A stretch of DNA of 64,000 nt from Vermamoeba vermiformis (taxonomy: Eukaryota). A model generated the notes under the pieces. That model did no database searches, was not told the origin of the DNA, and worked only from the letters and a program-made list of their open reading frames with translations. Position numbers and translations under genes: made by a program. Of this stretch, positions 54,863-64,000 are shown piece after piece (position 1 is the stretch's first letter; every line of letters starts with the position of its first letter). The stretch spans positions 1 to 64,000 of the forward strand of contig JBEWZL010000030.1 of NCBI GenBank assembly GCA_045837725.1. The letters are read 5' to 3'.

Positions 54863-57847
54863 ATGTTTGAAGGCATCGTTGCTTACTTCCTGTCTCGCTT
54901 ACTAGGCGAGTACTTTGAAGGCATCAGCAAGGAAAATATTAAATTTTCATTATCTGGAGATTTGCTGTTGAGAAATTTGGTGATCAAGGTAAGATCTTTA
55001 ATTAACCAGCTTGATTCGCTAAATTATATAATAACTATGCTGTATATATACTGTTTTGATACATCAAAATTGATTTTTTTTAATTACACAAGTAATTTCA
55101 TTATTTCCGATCAGCCACAATTTGCATTACGGACGGAAGATAATCATAATAATCTGATAGACTCATTATTTGCTTTTTTATTTAATATTGCCAAGATTAT
55201 TGGTTAAATTACGTAATAATTTCAAACCCTGTTGATTCCGCGTGCGAGCTCCGTTTCTCCTTCAGGAGCATCTTTACTACGAGGTCTTACGCGACAAAAT
55301 CATTAATAAATACTAACATAAACATTTAGAGAACTCTTATTGCTAGTTGGGGCTTTCCTGCAACGATTCGAGCTGGATTTGTGAGTCAATTTCGTTTAGT
55401 CGTGCCATGGACTTCATTAAATAGCAAGCCCTCGATCTTGGAGTTAGATGATGTATATATAATATTAAGCCCTCATTATAAGCTTGGAGATGTAAGTTGA
55501 ATGGTTTACATCGTGGATTTGATCCCACCGCATCTGAGATCCCATTTCTAACTTTCGTAATTTTTTTAGTACTCGCATGAACGTGCAGAGGCGCTTATTC
55601 AAGAGAATAAACAACGACTACTTAAGGTCTGGGAAATGACCAAGGATGCTAATGCCCAAGCACACGATCCTGATGTTAAGAAAGAATCAACTGATAGCGA
55701 TCAAACGTTTGCACAAAGAATCTTTGCAAAAATTTTACGAAATCTACAGCTATATATTCGACGCATTCATATTAGATACGAAGACGATCAAATAGACCCG
55801 GATGTACGCAGCAAAATTTCGTCCTCCTTACGATTATTTTATTTAATTATTTTTATAGCGCCCATTTGCAGTCGGAATTACATTGGCACAAGTTGAGCGG
55901 GAAAATGAAGGCGGAAAAATCGACAAACACTCCCCAATCATTTCCAAGGTTGTTAGACTGACGGATCTCGCGGTCTATTGGGACACGAATAACTATCCCT
56001 TGAAATTCGACTCTTTAACCGAGATGTGCGCTCAAATGAGGGACTTGGTGCGTATAATATACATCAATGTCGTATATATCTTGCTAATTCTAAGTCAGAT
56101 CTACACCGAAGAAAACAAGGTCAAGCACTCGTTCATGTTGAACCCAATGAGCGGGCACATTAAGGTACTATCACTTTGCACGATAATAATATGACTTCTT
56201 ATTAATAAGTACTACTATACAGATCGATTTCAACAAAGACAAGTCAAACACATCGTTGCCGCAGTACAGCACTGAAATTAATATCGAAGCGATGGATTGG
56301 AACTGGGATGAAATTCAATTTGCAGATAATGTAAATATTGGTGTATTCTGGGATAGACATTTTAGGCAAATCAAAGTAAGTGCATTGAAATTTCAGCAAA
56401 CGAATGGCTAATATGAAATTCTTTTAGTACCGAAAGCATAGACCTCCTAGCGCGGAAATTAACGCAAAAAGTCTTTGGGATTTTGCAAGTAAGACACGCC
56501 GTTATGGGATAATATATTATAGTACTTAACTCATATGTACAGTTGATTGTGTTCGAGCGGATCGAAAAGAAAAAACTGATCCGTGGCGTTGGGAAAATAT
56601 TAAAAAGAAATGTGCGTTGCGTAAAGAATATATCGAAATTTACAAGAAGAAAAAAATGAAAAAGAAACTCGATCAAGAACAAAAGAAACGATTAGAAGAA
56701 ATCGAAAAGATTTTGACTTACGAAGACATTGCTCTGTAAGTCCCAAATATATTCATATTAATATATATTACACCTCCTAATATTATATTATAGATATCGA
56801 TGCTTGGCTGGTGCCACAGTGCGCTACCAGAAAGAGCTCAAAAAAGGAAATTGGTTCACTGGCATGTTTTCTTCAAAAGATTCAAAACAAAAGAAACAAC
56901 AAGTACGTAACTATTTTAATATACCTTATTATTGTTAATTCTAATGCTATTTTTAGCTCCTCGCAAATCCACCGCCAATGATTTTGAAGCCCGATGAACG
57001 ACGCGAAATTTTCTATCTTTACGGCATTGATTTTGTCGATTCAAGGCAAGGAAAACATACTGAGGTTAGTAATATGATTTATTATCGTACTTAGACCAGT
57101 TAATAATGTTTTTGAAATGTAGATCTTGATGTACAAAATGGACTTCTTTTTCAAACGTCTCAGCTTCAATCTTTTCACTGAAAATCAGAAGCCGATTGGC
57201 TCGTTGTTAATGAAGAACTTTAAGAGCTATTCAAGTTATTATCAGCAAGACGCTAAAGTAAGTTGAAACTTCGATCTCGCTACCGTACGCGATCTGCTTT
57301 TGATTGATACTGATATGATTACTATTCGTAGCATAAATTAGAGCTCAAGTCTGCAGTGCTTAAAGATCATTTCAGCAAGAAAAGAATTATGTCAAGGCTG
57401 CATAAGAAAAACAAAGTGTTGGAGAGCGAAGTCGACGTTAAATTCAGAGCGCTGTACGACTACGACGTGAAGATGACCATTAGACCGTTCAAGTTTGTGT
57501 ATAATTTAGAGTTCTTAACGAGAGTTGGTAAGTTAACGGAGGTGGATCCACATCCAGTACGCGAAAATTAATTTTAATTTTTTTTCCAGTAAATTTCTGG
57601 GTCGCACCAAAGACGAAGTATAATCAAGAACGTATGGAAGGAAGACAACGAAGACGAGAAGAGTATTCAACGCTGTACAAGTGGTCTGGTTTGGATCTGA
57701 TCGTCGCGAAACCGACCGTTGTGATTGCTCCTTCGATGATGAATAGGACTCTTAATAACACTCAAGTGGTGCATGCACCTGTAAGTATTATTGATAGCAA
57801 TAGTAATGAATATCTCTAACGCTCTTTCTTTTTTTTAGCTCGATTAA
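54863..57847 (+). CDS. Short VPS13-like protein (Chorein_N plus following N-terminal repeats only)
   Basis: MFEGIVAYFLSRLLGEYFEG, VPWTSL, KILRNLQLYIRRIHIRYED, KVVRLTDLAVYWD, YRKHRP...SLWDFA, LEEIEKILTYEDI. Stop inferred at 57845-57847. Confidence 0.8.
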
Positions 57848-58534
57848 AACTCAAAGCTAGTTCCCCTCATTATTGAGGCTACTTGAGTCAGTCCAGCATC
57901 CATTTCAATTACTGTTCCCGTCATACGACCAAGTGAATATAAATTCAACAATCCAATGGTGCTAACCGTGATTGGTTCAAATTCTGTGTGGATCATTTTT
58001 ATCGCAGATCTGATCCGCCGAGGACAAGGCGTGGATTGGGAAGACTTTATTTACTTTGGTTCTGTTATTAATTGAGGCATGTTATTTTAGCTGCGTTGTG
58101 CCACCTGACTTATTGTAATGAGCCATTAAGCGTTGGTCGGATTCTGGACTTGGCTTACTTTGCATTGATTTTACAAACAACAACAACAACACTTCGCAAC
58201 ACCTCGAAATACCAAGCTACTACAACTTACTATGACATAACCAGCACAAAGGTACTTGCCAGAAAACAGCGCGGATCGATTTCTGCTAACTTACGTTACC
58301 TGTCTGAACTTACCGCTTATTGGCTATAATATAAAATTTCGTTAGTTTTCGACAGCATTGATTGGGGCGCCTAGAGCTTTATCGAACAATTTGCTAATTA
58401 GGCGCCAAAAGTTAATTATTAGATCTCAATCGTATTAAGGATTTGCTTCAATCCATCGATAGACATTTTTCCTATTATATTCATATATCTTTTAAGCTAT
58501 TCCTAATAAGTTTTCTTCAGAGAAAAGAGAAAAA

Positions 58535-59306
58535 ATGGAACGCAGATCCCGCAACTCACCAAATGAGTCCTTCATAGTGGTTCCAATGAACTTTACGTAC
58601 GTATTCATTTGTACAGTGTACTGAACGAACGTCGCTTTCCTATTATAGTAAACAGAGTTCGCCAGAAAAACGTCGAAAACTGCTGCGAAAGCACATTTCA
58701 AACAAACTCCACAAAGGCAGAACATCACTCCTAAGAAAAACTCTAAGGTCACAAGCCGACAAGAAGGGAAAGGACATGCCACCAAATTCGCGACCTACGG
58801 TGTACATTGATAGTGAGGTGTTTATCCGCGTTAGCAACACTAATCGACTAACGAAGGAACTGTTATAGAGTCTCCTGAGGCCAAGCAGCCCGATAAGAAA
58901 AGAAAGAGAGGTCATGGGGAGGGCAATGAAGAAGGTAAGGATACTACCAATTTTGATTTGAAAGCACGAATGGGATCAACTAACCTGATCTTGACAAAAG
59001 GTCCTCCAAAAAAGAAAACTCTGGCCGTTGGACTACTATTTAAGCTCTTGGAAAACAATAAGGAGCGATTATATGGAAGGTAGGTTAATCAAATCAAGCT
59101 GGATGTGCGGTCATTGAGTTCGTCCTAGAATCCAAGCCCTCGAGCAACAGATCCAAGCTATCGAAGAAAACATCGAGCGTACAGCCACTAGCACTAGACG
59201 CCTCCAGAACCTCCGATTTGATCTTTACAGGAAAGAGAATGAGCTGGAGGACGCGCGCATTTGTGTCTATGAGCTCATGAAATTAATCGACGAGTTGTTC
59301 GTTTAG
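58535..59306 (+). CDS. Small basic protein with C-terminal coiled coil, hypothetical
   Basis: ATG 58535 and several GT-AG introns; last exons GPPKKKTL...RIQALEQQIQAIEENIER...LIDELFV-stop. Frame of exon 2 is ambiguous. Confidence 0.45.
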
Positions 59307-59514
59307 CCTAAACGGCTGAACAAACGACTCAAAATTTCCCATATATACATATATTATGCCTGCGATTTGAGCTGACGTGGATTGGTGCGCGTCACGTGCT
59401 GCGTTTCCCAGAATTTATTGCCTCCCGAGCAAGTACTCAGGACAGAATCGTAATTTTTTTAATTGTAATTGATCTGATCAACACCAATTAGCTGTTCAAG
59501 TATAGTTCTCCAGT

Positions 59515-60865
59515 ATGTCGATGGAATTATCTGAGGCGCTCGTTGCTTCTTATTGCCAACAATGCCTTAAACCTATTGCGGCAGGAGAACTACGAATTCG
59601 AAGGCTGAAAGTCGGGAGAAAAGCAGCTAGTGATATACATCTTACTTGCTATGGGGTACGTCTTGCAAGCCAATATCTTTCATTTCGCAAAAGATCCGAT
59701 CGGAAATATCTTCGATAGTTTTCTTTTCCCTCTGTAGTTTTATTGATGCATACCTCATAGATCAGTGGACAACTCCGTGTAGAACATTTTAACAACGTAT
59801 TTTGGCTTAGTGCAGAGAGCCAAGCAAAACTAAATGATTTTATCAGTAAGCTTTCAATTTAAAATTCCGATTTCAATCGTTATTAAGGACTAAATATAAC
59901 ATTAATTTACATCAATTATAGAAGAATATAATGAACGACAAACAAACGAGGTTAAAAAGCGTAAACGAGAAGAAATGCCAGATCACGCAGAAAATGAACG
60001 AGCAGTGAAGAAAGTAAGCTCTACAATGAAGCTAATAATATTATATATAAATTCTAATATTAATTTAAGATCAAAATTTCGGCGTTAGAAAGCGAAGCAG
60101 TCTGGGATGTCAGCCATGACAGTTTACTTACCGCAGTTCCCACTGAAATCATCGTGCCAATAATAAAAATGCTAGACATAGTTGATATATGTCGCTTAGC
60201 TCGGTCGTGCAAGAAAATGTTAGTTTTGTGCGGAGACGACTCGATCTGGCAAGGTACGCTCAACTCACCTAACATTAGATCCGCTTCTAATCGCTTGATT
60301 TTTGTAGAGCGAGCGACAAACGACTGGAAATTATTTGCTAAGTCCTTGGATATGTCTTGGAAGAAGTTCTACATTTACGCGTACCAAGTAAGCGAGATCG
60401 AGTTAAAAGAATTCTTATAAGGCAATTTTTTTAATGAGGATAATAATTTCGTAGAATTCATGCATCGAGTGTAAGAAACCTACTGAACAAAAGCACTTCT
60501 TTTGGCCACTCGTCAAACGATTATGCTTCGACTGCAGATCCAGCCCCAAATATCGATTAGTCACTGGATTAGGCTTAGTAAACGCAGATGACATTAAGAA
60601 CTCAGGGATAAGGTCGCAAAAAGTCTACACTGGTGGCACTACGTACGGCCGGTATCGAAGTTACAAGTCCAAATATAGCAAAATGTATTTAGAGTCACAA
60701 ATACAAGAATTGAACGACTTAAAAAAAGAAGGCAAATTAACAGGCATGAAATTACTGGAAATTAAAAGGAGATATGACGAGCAACTTGAACAAGCGAGAG
60801 TCAACTACAAGTTCAGAAATAATAGTAATACTGGTAGCGATCTTAACGATGACGCGGATGAATAA
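59515..60865 (+). CDS. PARP-type zinc finger + F-box + C4 zinc-binding motif protein
   Basis: CQQCLKPIAAGELRI...HLTC; F-box LTAVPTEIIVPIIKMLDIVDICRLARSCKKM...DDSIWQ; CIECKK...LCFDC..PKYRLVT. Confidence 0.7.
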
Positions 60866-61158
60866 GGATGTGGAGTATGCACCATAATAATAACAAAAAC
60901 TAAATTGTAAATAAACCTTTAGATCTACAGCGTCAAATCCAGAGAATTTCAGTTGCGGAGTCCTTTTTTAGCTAAAGATTCCCGTGGGCAATAAATAGGA
61001 CAACCTTTGGGAGAAGGGATATTGCAAACTTTTTGTCCATTACCGCGAGAGCTGGTGGAATTATTTTGGACCCGGGTTTAAACTAAATTTTGCCAGGGCA
61101 ACTTCAGCGACTTTTTGATAATTCAGCGCAGAAGCTGGATGCCCCGGTGCTTAGTTGT

Positions 61159-64000
61159 TTATTGCTCTTGGTTGGTATTGTTGGTGTTGACCAAGCTCGC
61201 TTGATACATCTTGACGGCCTCTTCTTTGGCCTTTCTGAAGGTCAACGAGACACGACGGCCACGTGGGATGTCAATGCCAGCAAAGGTGTCAATGCGACGG
61301 GCCTCAATGCCGTGTGACCACTGATACCGCGCCTCGCCTTGCAACACAACGGCGGATCTGGGCTCGAGAAAGACCGCTTCAGTCTTGGCTGTTTGATAGT
61401 GCTTGAAGTCCATCACGGCGCCGCTCTCGAGTGTGATGGAAATGACGCAGCCTTCAAAGCTGGCCTTGTGATCGATGTGCGGGCTGATGCCTTGACCCGG
61501 CGTGTACTCGTTGATGATCACTTGGTCTGCAACAAACGGGGCCAATTTGTCCGCGTGCAATCGTTCAGCGAGGAACGCGAGCCACTCTGGCAACTGTCCC
61601 AAGAACTTTAAGCGTGGCGCATCAATTTCTTGTTCCTCGCTGGATCGGGAATTAGTCAATTAAAGTGAGCTACGTCGAGTACTGTTGGTACTTACGGTGC
61701 GAAGTAATCGTATTCCCAGCCGTAATGTTGAGTTCTGCGGGCCAAACGCATGTCCCACTCCTGTGCGTCAACAACCTGCAAGATTTTCTTCTCTTCCAAA
61801 TGCGACAGCCATTCAGGCACGTAGCCGAGACCAGGCACTTTAATCTCGGACAAATTGTTCAAACTCGTCACGGGCTTGGGTCTGACAGCTGATTTCTTCA
61901 AGTTCTCGACAACAGGCGCCGCAGCGGCCTTGGCAGCTTGTTGCTTCTCGTTAGCAATGGCCGACATCTTGAAGATCTTGGCTGGCGTGACCAACGTGGG
62001 GAATTTCAAGTCGAAATTTCCGGTCAAGAACACGGAGTTCAAGAAGAAGACCAAGCTGTAAATGTCATCGGTGTCGTACAAGGGTCTCAAGTGCGCATCA
62101 ATCTCCCTGATCAAAGTGATCATCTCGTCAGCCAGGGCGTTGCGCTTGAGGTGATAAGGACTGCCCCAGAACTTGTCGCTGGCCTTGGTCTGTTGCGTCA
62201 ACATCAGCATTTGCTTGTGCAATGTATTGACACGCTTCTGCAGCTCTTTTGACTTGTCATCTGTCATAGCAATACGTTCAATAGTCTAAGGGGACAATGT
62301 TAGTGGAAGTGTCAACGAGGCACGTGTTCATCGTGTCAATGACTTACGGCTTTCTTGTAGGCCTGGACTTGCTCCAATGCACGAATGTGAGGGAACAACA
62401 AAACTTCGAACTTGCGCAATGCTGCAACAAGTTTTTGAAGTCTGACTTCGCTGGTCTGATCGTTGTACCATTCAAAGTACAGCGTGTTCGTGGCCAAGAA
62501 TTGACGTGTCAAGTCCAAGAAGGGCTTGAGCTCGGCTTTGGCAGGGAAGTCGGCCTTATCAACCTCGTCCATGTTTTGTTTCAAGGACGCAATCCACTTT
62601 TGTTCGTCAGGCGAGCTGGTGAAAATGAACTTGGGCAAGTGCTTCGTGAACAAATCGTTGCCAGGCGCAATCTGAATAAGATTGAACAGCGCTTGAGTGA
62701 CTGTCTCGTTGTTTTTGGTCAACTCGTGAATGGTGTTCGTCAAACAAGTCTCCCAGTGGTAGTACTTAGGGTCCACGAAGAAATCAAACGCCGTGCCCAA
62801 GTTAAGCGTCGAGGCTATGACCGACTCCATAGGGTTCAACAGCACACCTATCGCATGTTAGCATGATATTAGGGTGTAATATAAATGTGATTAAGTACCA
62901 TCAACATAGGCACCAATGTGCTCGTCACGACCCATGTAAGGGTTCAAGAATTGAATGTGCGTGCGATAATCGTTCACGGGTGTGTTGTCCCAAATCACGA
63001 GACGACGTTGAGGACCGAAAAATCCTCGTGTTCTCTTCAACAGATCCAAGCTGATCGTCTTGCTGATGGTTGTTTCGCCGGTCCACAAGAACACGACACG
63101 CGGATCCATCTTTGAAACACCGTCAGAATTACTTAGTAACGAATATAATAGGTTATCTTACCTTCTCTTTGAACTCAGTCAAATAGTTCACAGCAGGCAC
63201 TTCAGCGTTGTTTTTGAACTTGCACGAGTAATAAGTAGGGCACGTGGTCCATTCAATAGACTTCAATTCAGCCTTCTCAGTCAAGGTCTTGTTGGCAATG
63301 AATGCGTCGAAGTACTTGATGAGCTTGTTCATTGTGAAGGCTTGGGCGTCCACGAGACTAGAGAAGTCTTCCGGCAAGTCGAGTCCAATGTCATCGAACA
63401 GAATTGTGATGTGATTGCAGCCAATCTCTTCGTAGACCTGATGAAGCTTGCTAACCATGCACGACATTAGAAACAACCCTTATTGAATTCGTATTACAAC
63501 AAGGTTAACTTACGCGCAGAGTGCATCAAAATCTTTCACGTCACCGTGTTTAATGCCCCACGGATGAATGGCCATGTTGAAAGCAATGTTTTGTTGCTTA
63601 GAATAGGCGACTAAATCCTTAAACTCTGTTCGAATAGATTAGTACTACTGCCGCATAACATTCGATAATTAGACGGTACCTTTCACGAGTTCCTTCGGGA
63701 ACAAGTCACGCCACTTGACGCGATGATAAGGGTCCTCTTTCGGTGCCCAAATATAGTAATTGGCTTTCTTCTTGCTCATCCACGCGATCAGCCTCTTGCG
63801 GTTGGTCATGGTGTAAGGCTGACCGTAGTACCCTTCGACCACACCGACAGTTCTGACGGGATAAGTCTTTGACAAGTCAGTAGTGTCATTCCTAAAATGG
63901 ACAATTAGAGCACGGTCACGTGATGGTCGTTGATCGATCAATGAGTGACACTTACTTTGCGATTTGATCGAAGTCTATGAACTGGCTCAATTGTTCGCCA
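61159..64000 (-). CDS. O-GlcNAcase-like GH84 glycosidase fused to a C-terminal AlkB-family 2OG-Fe(II) dioxygenase (5' end lies outside the window)
   Basis: GH84: GVVEGYYGQP, YIWAPKEDPYHR, ILFDDI, CPTYY, LWTG, IWDNTPVNDY, LLNPM. AlkB: RRTQHYGWEYDY, DQVIINEYTPGQGISPHID, EARYQWSHGI, RRVSLTFR. Joined in phase 0 across intron 62287-62347. Confidence 0.85.

Noticed and set aside
60930-61150. Possible ncRNA with an Sm-like ATTTTGG
   Set aside because: No recognisable snRNA or tRNA fold; probably 3' UTR or poor consensus.
62297-62866. 189-aa plus-strand ORF
   Set aside because: Antisense shadow of the GH84 stalk exon.

Overview
This is eukaryotic nuclear DNA in the standard genetic code. It is gene-dense, with many short GT-AG introns (mostly about 45-70 nt) carrying CTAAC branch points. 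A Zn2Cys6 factor in an otherwise non-fungal-looking gene set suggests a protist, possibly an amoebozoan (inference). Bases 1-~5800 form a repeat-rich, partly CpG-decayed accessory block: five successive families of palindromic repeats (one arranged as a repeat/unique-spacer array) interleaved with degenerate spliced genes. Bases ~5800-64000 hold about 17 spliced genes: ABCC transporter, PA-domain multipass protein, bacterial-like TIM-barrel protein, M49 peptidase, membrane protein, Zn2Cys6 TF, LIM protein, secreted LLTP-like protein, PICH-like SNF2, TMEM242-like, kelch-EGF protein, APH kinase, sacsin-like, thioesterase, short VPS13-like, a small coiled-coil protein, F-box and GH84. Manual splicing gives several unusual domain fusions: PICH/ERCC6L translocase + GCNA-type SprT protease; O-GlcNAcase (GH84) + AlkB dioxygenase; CBM48 glycogen-binding domain + sacsin; metallothionein-like Cys cluster + hotdog thioesterase; PARP-type zinc finger + F-box. 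Five genes need a one-base (+1) correction, most likely assembly insertion errors. All family calls come from motif recognition, not database searches, so novelty of each architecture is unverified.
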